From: Phoronis australis | Taxonomy: Eukaryota > Animalia > Phoronida | Assembly (NCBI GenBank): GCA_002633005.1 | Contig: NMRA01000685.1 | Location: 62,001 to 126,000 of the forward strand | DNA: 64,000 bases | Reading direction: 5' to 3' | In this document: positions 43,618 to 54,813 of the stretch, one piece after another | Numbering within the stretch: the stretch's first letter is position 1 | How the letters are laid out: the number at the start of each line of letters is the position of its first letter | Made by a program: the position numbers and the translations under genes | Notes under the pieces: model-generated | Seen by the model: the letters and a program-made list of their open reading frames with translations, nothing else | The model's database searches: none | Told to the model about the DNA's origin: nothing

Positions 43618-43875
43618 GAGGCAGTGTTGCCTGGTTGATAAATGCCCCCTTTCTTTACTGGAGGTCGTGGGTTCGATTCCCACCAGGTCACACTGCTAAA
43701 CCCTTGAGTCAGGTTTCTACATGTAGCTCCTCAGCTCGATTTTAACCATATATTAATAAAGCAAAAGAATAGTTCCAGGTGATTAGTGCAATGCGCCCAC
43801 ACGCGACGCCTGCGCACGTCTGGTACAAGGTGTATCAGACCGCCTGCAGTTGTTTTTTCTAAAGAAATAAATAAA
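43618..43875 (+). mobile_element. Near full-length tRNA-derived SINE
   Basis: A-box-like tgcctggttg, B-box GGTTCGATTCC, body cccttgagtcagg..., tail aataaataaa running into (TGTA)n. Related pieces at 20841-20950, ~18190-18280 and ~58680-58730. Confidence 0.7.
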
Positions 43876-44002
43876 TGTATGTATGTATGTATGTATGTAT
43901 GTATGTATGTATGTTTGTCTGTATGTATATTTGTATGTATGTATGTATGTATGTATGTAAGTAAGTAAGCAAGCATGCATGCATGCATGCATGTATGTAT
44001 GT
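43876..44002. repeat. (TGTA)n/(GCAT)n microsatellite
   Basis: Direct inspection. Confidence 0.95.
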
Positions 44003-44046
44003 AGGTATATTAACAAAATGAAGTATGGTGAATTCATAGAGCGCTG

Positions 44047-44615
44047 CATAGGCGGATTTAGGGGGGTGGGGGCAGGGGGCCCGGTCCCCCCTCCCCTTGG
44101 CTACCGCAAAAAAAATAAAAGAGCAAGAGCGTAGGGAAATGTTGAGTTTATCAATTAACATACGGCTGAAACAAGATTTAAATATGTGCAGTTTTAGTGT
44201 TTTTTTTGGGGGGGGGGGAACTGATTACATAAAATATAAAACATGTAATAAGCATTACAAAAAGAAGGTTTCGCGAGCAAACGCTGTGGACCATAAACAA
44301 GTAGGTCTCTTTGTATCAAAGTAGGAGTTAAAATCGTGGTGGTGCAGTGGTAAAGCAAGCGCTCTCTATCTGCCAGGTCGTGAGTCCGAGTCTGTGGTAC
44401 TTGCAATTTTTCCTGTGTGACACTTTCTTCGTGTTTTTTATGCCTTTTTTCTTGGATAATACTTCGGGAATCGAGGAAAATGCTCGACTTTTAAACAGAA
44501 ACCCCCCTCCCTACCTCCCCCCATTCGGTGCTATGCGCATCTACAATCATGCTTTGAGCAAATGTTTACAGACAAAATTTTGGGCCCCCCTTGTGATATC
44601 CTAAATCCGCCACTG
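44047..44615. mobile_element. Non-autonomous DNA transposon with 5-bp TSD
   Basis: CGCTG|CATAGGCGGATTTAGG...CCTAAATCCGCCACTG|CGCTG. Relatives at 50239-50352, ~7602-7710 and ~49435-49612. Confidence 0.7.
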
Positions 44616-45022
44616 CGCTGACAAGGTCTTGACCTTGTTTGCTTATTCTGAATGAATCATAGCCTCTACTTGTTTTTTTCTCCAATTTCAAAGTACCTTT
44701 GTACATATCAGCACTATTAGTTTACACCTTAACTGTTCCTTGACTAAAACAAAAAAGTTATTGGATCGTGTAATTGTGTGATCTGTACCGTACCTATTAT
44801 ATTGAATAAAAAATGAATAAATATAAAAATAATAATAATCTTTGAAATAGTATATCTAATCTATGCGCATTGGTTGTAATTTGAAGAAAACATCACACAT
44901 TTTTTGAAGGAACAGAACCTTTTTGGCACCATAAACAAGTATCTATGAAGGCACGGCGAATACACCAGCGGCAGCGTACCGGAGATACGTTTTGTCCGTC
45001 AGAGGACGCAACCGGTAACATA

Positions 45023-46752
45023 ATGGCGTCGCTCGTTGCAAACTATGGCAGCGACTTAGAAGATTCTGACGAAGAAGAAACTGAAGAGGTTACAAGTACC
45101 ATTCTAACGAAGGCCACTGATATTACGTGTGTATATTTTTAAAGTGCTGCTAAGCGTTTAATTGATTTCATTCGAGAGTAACGTTTGTAATGTATATGCA
45201 TCCGAATGTTTTTGTCTCATTTACATGATTTACAAAGGTAGGCTACCTATTTCTAGGCTAGTCGTTCATCGTAGCTAGACACGTAACCCGTCTGTAAATA
45301 AGTATTTACAGTGATCTTAGTCTACCAGTATGAAGACTATCCTCAAAATACATTTATATTTGCTCCAAGGCTACTTTCATTGTTGCATCTTTTAAAAACT
45401 CTAGACAGTGACCACCGTCTCTTGTTGTTGATTTACGGTACCAAACATGAATTTCCCCGATTGACAGAGGTTAAAATTTGCTATTTGAGAGCATAAACAG
45501 CGGCGATCAAAAAACACGAACACTCAACGCCCGTATGGGTGATACGAATGAGGTCATTTCTGCTTGTTTTGTGCGTTATTTTTTCCTCTATGTTTTCAAG
45601 CGTTCACTCACTTATGTTGAGCCCTGCCCCAAGACACTTTGTGAAATTCATTCCCTCAATTGTGATCAAGATAATTTTTTCTCCGAACTCGATCTGGAGA
45701 AATTCTCCAATTTTGAGAACCTGCTTCTGCTGGTTAAGTAAGGAATTCATTATTAGAGACTCATTTAAATGAATGTTACAGGTTAAACACCACATTGTAC
45801 AGAGCTGATCTGTTGGCTAGACTGGACTTTTACTTGGAATACTAAAATTAATCTGTTATTGGCATTGAAAAATAAGGCGACCACTTGGAATTGATGGGTA
45901 GAAGCTAGAGATTGCTTGTGTTAACCTAAAATGTGACCAATAATTCTCATATATATTCCAAGTTAATACGTGACAATACCGTTTCACTTATGCACATCAC
46001 TCAGCAGACTTGTTGATCATTTATTTGCTGCCCTCTTGGCTTTTATGCGTTTCGTTTTCAAAGACATCTTGAGCATTACATGATTTGATTATCGTCGTAT
46101 TTTTTCAGATCCACAGCACCAGCTGTCAACTTCCTTGATGGAACGAACCTAACAGATTCCGATGATAGTGAAGACGAGGAAAGTAGAAAGACAGAAAAAA
46201 CAAAGACACAAGCGACACCAGCTGAAGCGGACAGGCTGCCCAACCCCTTGGCACCTTCTCTCCCATCGCCAAGTCTCAGCAAGAGCACGCCGACATCAAG
46301 AGATACACAGTCAGTGTTTGTTAATCCTTTTCTGAAGGCGGAGGAAGCCNAAACGATCTGTGTATGAGAAACATGTGAAGCTCACGGAGCTGGCTGCACC
46401 AGAGACTAAATATGAGAAAAAAATGAAGAGGAAAAAGAAGCAAATGTGTCAGAAATTCCTGAAAGGCAGCTGTAAATATGGTGCAAAGTGTAAATTTTCC
46501 CACGATTTGGGAGGCGGTGAACGGGAACAAAACAGCAATGCTGAGACCATACCACACAACCATCAAAATCCATATAACTACGGAGCACACTTAGACAGCC
46601 AGGTTTGTGAGGATGAAGACAGTTTCACAACAAACTCCTTTAAACGGAAACGAGTTGGCGTAACTGATAATTTACAACCGCCAAAACGTGCATTGCAAAA
46701 TCTTCAGAAACTGAGGCAAGAAGAAAGACCTTGGACAATGCAGAATTGGTGA
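45023..46752 (+). CDS. Small (~248-aa) CCCH zinc-finger protein with an acidic N-terminus
   Basis: Exon 1 45023-45126 (aATGGCG start, MASLVANYGSDLEDSDEEE; donor tentative) and exon 2 46109-46752. CQKFLKGSCKYGAKCKFSH is a C-x7-C-x5-C-x3-H finger; basic NLS-like KKMKRKKK and KRKR. Frame is continuous only if the N at 46350 is ignored. Confidence 0.85.
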
Positions 46753-48735
46753 TGTTTATAGGCATAAATGTGTTAAAAGAGAAATTAAGATAATGCACCC
46801 AGTTCAAGTTGCTGTCTGGTGGGCGAAAATCCAAAATCGTTGCATGTTACTAACTTAACTTTGGTATGAGCGAAGCGTTGATGTTAACTGCAAAGATAGT
46901 TGAACCTTTCATACCTGCTTCGGTAGTTAATGGCATAGAAGTAAATGGTAGGTGGCACTGTCATCATCAAAGTAATCCCAAGCACTGATGCTTAAGGTGA
47001 TGTTCGAGGTAGACTTAGAAATAGCAGGATTTTCTACCCATGTGCTTTAAGATTTTTGTGACAAGTTGAGAATATTTACGTGTGATAATTGACTCAAAGC
47101 TAATTACACTGATGATTATTTGAGCAAAAAATACTAGCAAATATTACCGATGAAACTACCCTTTGGTGACGATAGCAGTGGCTGCTGGCGATAACTTCAA
47201 TGAGACCGAAGTTGACTGCTCATACCGCGCTACTGTTCAATCCACTTATTAACTGGCACCGTTAGCTTCGATTGAGGACTGAAGGACGTTTGTATGAAAG
47301 GGCCTTAAGAGAATGGTCAGGATTTACGAGCATATTTCAAAACTAGCTTTCCAATTGAATTTGTATAGTCTGCTGACTGCCCCCTTGTAAAATATATTCA
47401 ATTTATTCATTTCTTCAAAAATCAATTATCTTGTTTAGATAAGAAGACCACTGCAAAACAAAAATAGATAGCGTTCCGAAGCAGGGAGTGTAATGAACCG
47501 TGGAAAATTTATCAGACGCCCTTGCAAATGCTTCATTAGACATTTCTGTTTTCCAGTTTGAACTGAGTTTTGTAGAATCACAGATTGGTTATATTGTAAG
47601 AGAGGGGCAAACCTCAATGTTAAAACGAAGGATGGTTGAAGTTGTGTGGTCTCTTTATCACTGAACAATGTGTGGCTTAACCTAAGATTGTTTTTAGAGT
47701 TTGGTTCAGTGAAAAATATACCCTGACCATCTTGTTCAGTGTGAGATTTGTATGAACATGAAGATGGATGTCTGTTGTGAAGGTGGGGAAGCTACTTAAA
47801 ACGCATGTTCACCATGGGCGATCAGGCCTACACCTCTGTAACAAGTATCTTCCCACTATGTCAATGAAGAATCTGCCCTTTTATTTGAGGTCGCATGAAA
47901 AATGCAGATGAGACGTTAAACGAGTGCTCACATGTGGTTTTTGTTTAGGAGGTGGATCAGATATCTCATCTGCCTTCTAGTCGAATGGCATGGAAATGCT
48001 GTTGGCACTGGGGATTTTATTTGAAACTGATGTCTAGTATTAGCAATTTCCGATAGGCTCATGGCCATATATTTGGAAATGACCTTTCAAAAATTTTATG
48101 TAAAACCAAATATACACCCGGACAAATTTTTGGAAAATGGGGACGTATTTTTGGAAAATGGGGACGTATTTTTGGAAAAAGTCATAGACAAGTACGTTAT
48201 TATGGTTAGTTACCAACAAATTCACCCAACATCTCGCTAAATGAGTGAAATTGGATTCCCAGAATATGCCTTTTCAAAACCAACAAAATTTTACACCGAA
48301 AATAGGCCTATGGGCATAATTTTGGAAAATTTTCTGAAAATACTCCCATGGATGTACTTTTGAGAGGGTCTGGTTTCTGAAATTTCCGGTAGTAGGAATG
48401 CTGCACACATTTGTACACACAAACAAGAAAAATGTTATAATTAATTTTCCTATGGCTAATGTCATCAATCTATCACATCCTGGATCTCATTTATATATGA
48501 GACGAGAGAATCAATCTCTAACAAGATCACCCAAGGGCAAATTTGAAGACATGCAGTTGAGACAGGAAATAAACCTGCATTCTGTTGATGAAGATAAATT
48601 TTGTTTTAGACCCCTCACCACTATAAAATTGGACTGGATGTGTTGATTACATGCTTGATGAGAAGTAATTTTTGGTCTTGCAAAGAACTGAGAGTTCATT
48701 ATTCCTTGAGACCATGCTTGGAAAATAATATAACG

Positions 48736-49096
48736 TGGATGACTAGTCAACTTGCTAAGTGGATGACTAGTCAACTTGCTAAGTGGATGACTAGTGAACT
48801 TGCTAAGTGGATGACTAGTCAACTTGCTAAGTGGATGACTTGTCAACTTGCTAAGTGGATGGCTAGTCAACTTGCTAAGTGGATGGCTAGTCAACTTGCT
48901 AAGTGGGTGGCTAGTCAACTTGCTAACTGGATGGCTAGTCAACTTGCTAAGTTGATGGCGAGTCAACTTGCTAAGTGGATGGCTAGTCAACTTGCTAAGT
49001 GGATGGCTAATCAACTTGCTAAGTGGATGGCTAGTCAACTTGCTATGTGGATGGCTAGTTAACTTGCTAAGTGGATGACTAGTCAACTTGCTAAGT
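48736..49096. repeat. 24-bp minisatellite (~15 copies) inside MITE copy C
   Basis: Unit gtggatgactagtcaacttgctaa. Confidence 0.9.
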
Positions 49097-50670
49097 GTAA
49101 CCTCAAGCAATAACCAACAGTTCTTTCGTAGCCCAGAAATAATACCTTTTTGACTAAGGAGCAACGTGAGACCAATTTCATGGTGTCTGTGTCAATCAAA
49201 TATTGTTTTTTGTGATGGAAAGTGGGTTTATTGCTCCTGTTAAACTTTAAAGTGACACAAAACAAAAAACTCTCAACATATACGTTTTATTGTTGAGTCT
49301 CCCATGAAATTTTAAATGTAAATCTTGTAATTCTCGGCCATTGTTGTGTATTGAGCCATGCACAAGGGGAATATTGAAAGATACTACAAACTGTTCAAAA
49401 TGCAATTTATATAACAAAACACATAGTATCAGTAACACGCGCAGATTTAGGAGGTGGGTGGGTGGCGGGGGGTAGTAGGGAGCCAACTCCCTTGCTGGGC
49501 ATGACAAAGAATAGAAATAAAAACGTCACTGCTACGCTGTTGTAGTAGGCGATCAATTTCCTTTGAAAATCTTGAATGCCCCCCTCTTGTGTCATCCTAG
49601 GTCCACCACAGTGTGGGAACTGTTAAGCTTCTACCAAAAATTGCAACTAAAACGCTCAAAATTCACATAAAAAGTACGTAATAATATTTTGAAATTGATC
49701 ATTCACTACAATTTACAACGGGCAGCCCATTAATAGTGTCCAGGGCCTGGGGCCTGATCTTTGTACCGAAAATCGTGCTTGAAATTATTTTTGACATTTG
49801 CTGTTCTACTAACTGTCTATTATTATGTGGTTGAGAACATCATGGTTTACCTCGATGAGTCTAATCCTGGTTTGCACTTTACGGCCGCAGCATTAAAGCT
49901 GTCTGAATCTCCATGAGCTCAAAATCTCGAGTATTTACGCGAGCTGTACCTTGAATCTAGGGTTTAGACTTTGACTAAATACTCATCTGGATGAACCATA
50001 ACACACTCGAGCACAGAATAACAGACAGATATCTTGAGTTCGTATTAAAGTAGAACGGAAAATGTCAAAAGAATTTCTTGTTCAATGGTAACGGATACTT
50101 ATTCCAGTCTTGAAATACAAGGCATTCTTAGACCAGACTTAGAAACATATAGGCCACTCATGAAAAATGTGTGTGGAAGAAAGTCGAGTCCAATGTGAAT
50201 CTTTTGAAACCACAAACTTGTAATCCTATTTTACATAGCAGGGGCGGATCCAGGATTTTGAGTTGGGGGGGGGCATGGCAGAGTATTAGCCAGGATTTTG
50301 CCCGACAGACATTCGCCATGGCCCCCTTGGCCCCCCTCTAAATCCGCCACTGTATTGGAAAGTTAATTTTTTAACACAAGATCAGATTTCATGCTAATTG
50401 TCAACCTTAATGGAGCCTTAACTTTTTCAGCTGTCAATTGTTGACTGACAAGAGAATATGTTTTCTGAACCCAGGTCTGAAAGTGGCCAATACAGATTTG
50501 CTATGCAGTTGAAAACAGTCTTCTCAAAGAACTCGCACATTTGTCACATAAATAATGCATTTAAAGAAATGCTGAAAGCAGCTGCAGTGAAAAATATAGA
50601 TACGAATTCATACAATATTAAAATACTGCATTTTTGAAAAAAAGAAGTTTGACAATTACTTAAGTAATAC

Positions 50671-52907
50671 TTACAACTTACTATTTTCTTTCTCTCTCTG
50701 TAGTGCATAATCAACTTGCACTCGATTTCCAGTAAACACATTGTCTGGGTTTAATGGCCCAACAACAGGGTTGCACAGTTCAAACTCTGTCTCTCTGTCA
50801 AATACAACTACTGCCAAGCTACAACACATAATAGCAGTGAGACCCCATGTTGTATATGTCTTGCCTGCATACTTGTCCATGAAGTAAAGCGTATTAAAAT
50901 CACGTGGTCCATGTCTATAATTTTTAATCGTCATTTCCTTTGATGAAAGAAATCTTTCAAGGGGCACATAAAACACATCAGAAACCTCACTGGTGTTTGG
51001 AACTGGAATGTGATGGGGTGACAAAACTGCCACTACGGGGTGTATCAAAAAGTTTGTCATCGATACCAGAGGGTGAAGGATTCCTAAGACTTCTTGTACG
51101 TGATGTCTCGTTATGCCCACTTCTTCCTCAGCTTCACGGAGTGCCGTGTCTATTTCATCCAAGTCTTCTTGATCTTGCTTTCCACCCGGCAAGGCCACCT
51201 GTGTTTAAAACATTAAAGAAAATTTATCGCAAAGCTACATAAAAATAGGTGACTAAAAGTCTGTTATGTTTGCAGAAAATAATAGCTAGGTTAAAAATTT
51301 TGAACCAGAGTTTAAAATGGCAGATAAAAAACGTGGTCATTTATTTCCTTACAAATGTTTGCCTTCAGAGCCTCTCCTTGTTGCATATTGTTTCTTTTGA
51401 CTTTTTTCTTTAAGAAAGTACCAAAACCAATAACCAGTAGAGGATAGATTAGAGAAGTCTGCTGGCCATGTATTGTCATTAGTTAGTATGGTGCAAGATA
51501 AGTCTATTTCCAAAGAAACACCGAAGGCATTCTGGTGGAACATCCCGTCTTTCCTTACTTCAGTGGGATAGGAAAACTCTGTTGCATGAAAAAAAAAAAT
51601 TAGCTAGATTAAGTCACTCCTGTATGCCTGTTGGTCAAGCTCCTGGAACAATTTACTGCGAGATGGTCACAGTACTATAAACTTGAGGAGAGAGTTCTTT
51701 CATTCTCAGTTCATAAGTAGTTTCATTAGATAAGAAGACTGGTGCTTCCTTACAGGTGTATGTGTACGCATGCTCCCAAATATGCTAATGTATAGCAGGA
51801 ACTAAACGGCAATGCTATTTGAACATAATCTACGCTAATCAAAGTGCAGTTGTATTCACTGACAACTTGTATGTGAAGACATAAAATTCTGCAATAGGTG
51901 ACCTTTGCATTAATGTCGAACCTTGGAGGCTCACATAGCCCACATCATACAGCATTATTCACCAACACCACGTCAGGGTACTTACTGGACATGGTTGAGT
52001 GATTTATGGTGGGTCATTTTCTACACAAAACTTGTTCTTAAAAACATTTGGCATTTTTCAACGTACTTAATCATATTCACATTGTCACTTTATGTTGTTT
52101 CTTACTAATTTGAGCAAACAATCACAGGGATAAGGAATTAGCGTGCAAGTTCCATTTTAAAGTCAACTAAAGGGATACCAAGTAGTGTAGACAGGTGGTC
52201 ACCACAGTTGTCAGGCATTGTACGTTTATTAAGTGAGTTTATCAACTATTGAATTAGCAACAAACTGACCCACCTTCCATCCAAGAAGCTAACTTTTGGT
52301 GTTGACCACTTGCTGCACTATGAAATTGGTCTCAACTTGTTCCTTACTCAGATGAGAAGCAATCTCTGGTCTTGTAAAGTATTGGCAGTTTGTTATTGCT
52401 CGAGATCGTTCTCAACAAATAAAATGACACACCATGACAAGTCAACATGTAGCGTCTAATCTCGAGCAATAGCAAATTGCCAGTTCTTTCCAAGTCCTGA
52501 AATCAACCTTCAATTTGACTAAGGAAAACTTTGAGACCAATTTTATAATGGTATAAATCAAAAGTTGGATTTGTCAAGGAAGGCAGGTTTACAGCCGATA
52601 TAAAGCAGACAATTTCGTACATCATCTGCACCTGGTAAATATCTTTGAGGGCAAATTTGGCTATCGGGCATTTTAGATACAAGGTTAACTAAATTCAAAA
52701 CATACAAACCTGTCCTTTATTGATGCTCACATTGTGTGATCTTAGGGTTAGTAAAATCTGCCAACAGCTGTCTCTCCAGACTAAAGGCATCAACACGGAT
52801 GCTCTCTTGAGGTGTGACGGTAAGTTCGGATAGTTCTTGGCAGTGAATTTGTCACAGTGACGATTTGATATACGATCTCTCAGATGCTGAAGAGTGGCAC
52901 CTGTCAT
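50671..52907 (-). CDS. NUDT7: Peroxisomal coenzyme A diphosphatase (Nudix hydrolase)
   Basis: Coding exons 52907-52710 and 51198-50671. CoA motif LLTLRS...GQVALPGG, Nudix box GGKQDQEDLDEIDTALREAEEEVGI, NTSEVSDVFYVPL, TWGLTA, C-terminal PTS1 SKL. Confidence 0.92.
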
Positions 52908-53075
52908 CTTCTGTTGAGCAAAAATTCCTAGCAGAAAACAGTTAATTGAAAAGAAATTGTAATTAGAGAACCATCCTTGCTTATAGTGCTAAGGTTTGGG
53001 TGGTTATGACTGATAAATAAAGGAGCAGTCACGCCCAAAGATTCATCTTCCAGCTACTAGTAGCCAAGTAGACAA

Positions 53076-53250
53076 CACAGATGAAGACCTGTCTAATGAA
53101 GCATTACAGTGAACTGGCATAGATGAAGACCTGTCTATGAAGCATAGTCACCATAGTGAACTGCCACAGATGAAGACCTGTTTAATGAAGCATTACAGTT
53201 AACTGCCACAGATGAAGACCTGTCTATGAAGTACAGTCACTATAGTGAAC
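53076..53250. repeat. ~42/46-bp alternating tandem repeat (4 units)
   Basis: Core agatgaagacctgtct...gaagca...agtgaact. Confidence 0.8.
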
Positions 53251-53673
53251 GACTGAAAATATATTTTCCTTGAGTAAATCAAATTAGTTACCAGTGCTAA
53301 AACAATTGCCGTTCTACTTTTATTCTGCTGATTAAGTTTTGGGGTGATCTTATATGTTGGCTTTCATTCCCATGAAATAGCATGTCCCTTATAGAATTTC
53401 ATTTTCTGTTGATTCTCAACTGTTCTTCTTCCACAAGTTAGCGTACATTTCACATTAAATTATCGAAATTGGTTTCACTTCCTTACAAAATTTTATATTA
53501 TTTTAACACCAATATACTGATTTTATGAACAAATTTTCTTTTGCAAAGCTCATGTCACGAGCACCTGCATGTTCTCAAGTTGACAACAAAGTTGTCACAG
53601 GTAGACGGCAGGGAGTAGTAGCTGACTAGACTAGTCTAGAGATAGCTTTGCACCAAGGATGCTGTTGTGTTGA

Positions 53674-54307
53674 CCAGGGGTGGGGGGTCACTCATATTGA
53701 CAAGGTGCCCGCAGGAGTGTACCAAAAATTGCCAAGAAACGCCCTATTGCGTGTGTCAGCTGTCTGTTAACATTTCCACCCCCTTTTGGGGAATAGCGAG
53801 AGTAGTTACTGCCTCACCCCCTTTGCGAGGTAGTTTTTGTTCCACTCCACCCCAAGATCTGCCGTGACCGACATTTTCAAAAGCAGACAGCATATATTGG
53901 AGATGCTCACATTTCGACCTCCAAAGCCAAAAGAATGCACCGGAAATCCAGAACTTGATTCAATTCGACCACTTCTGAGTAATGTTCCGGCAGTTGTTCG
54001 ATTCTTGCTTGTTCGATTCTTGCTTATTTCTGGAATTCTTATGGTTGTTCTCGTACTTATTTGTCTGAATATTATACTACGAGAATCAATGAGTGTATTT
54101 CGGGTAGGAAGATCAGTGCGCCTTTTGCGGGGCTGAGGCCAATTAGGGCCAATGGCACTGCACTGGACCCTTTGCCCACTGCATGGAAATGGAAATTTAC
54201 GGGGCCTATTGGACCCCGCGCGGGTCCCGCAAATCTTGGTGAAAAAAAACCACCTAGCCGCAACTTTGGTACACACCTGCGGGCACACTGACTCGTCAAT
54301 ATGAGTG
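53674..54307. mobile_element. Non-autonomous DNA transposon between the NUDT7 coding exons and IPO4
   Basis: Inverted ends cactcatattgac..gtgcccgcagg.gtgtaccaaa / tttggtacacacctgcgggcac...gtcaatatgagtg. Confidence 0.6.
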
Positions 54308-54673
54308 TTGTAATCCTCAACATCATTTGTCCTTTATCTTTCTGTGGTGTCTTGTGATTTGTCAGTTTTATGGATGTTTCTTTTATTTATACTGCTGGCC
54401 GAAGGCTGCAGGCAGTCTTTCAGTAGGCAATAAGGCTGTCAGGGACGGGCACCTGGATTGGGTTTTACTGAACCTTGAGTAGCTGTGTTTTAACTGGTGA
54501 GTACTTCTAGAGGCCTAGCTAGTGAACCTGGCTGCAGTATTAGTGTAGTTGGTATACAACATGAGTGACCCCCTGAGCTGTTGGCATCCTTCAGAATACC
54601 AGAATTCGGAACTAAGCGAATACGATGGACAACGCAATCGCTATTCACTATCGCTCAACTGTAGTTAGATTAC

Positions 54674-54813
54674 CTCACGACCAACCGATTATCAAATCTC
54701 TCCGTGAGCTAACGTGCGTGTTGAAAATCTTCCTGGCCAGGTTCCAAGATCAGCTGATAACCGGAAACGCTGGACGACACCTAGGGGATACGAAAAACAC
54801 CACATTGGACAAC
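54674..54813. promoter_or_regulatory. Compact bidirectional promoter NUDT7/IPO4, with a putative non-coding first exon of NUDT7
   Basis: Minus-strand donor GAG|gtaatc at 54674/54673 could splice to the NUDT7 acceptor at 52927. ETS-like CCGGAA at 54741; IPO4 ATG at 54814. Confidence 0.45.

Noticed and set aside
43618-43695. Functional tRNA gene
   Set aside because: Stems are degenerate and it continues into a SINE body and tail shared with other copies.
48511-49164. 217-aa repetitive ORF (and the 31221, 25827 and 43731 region ORFs)
   Set aside because: Products of mini- or microsatellites that lack stop codons; no splice or domain support.
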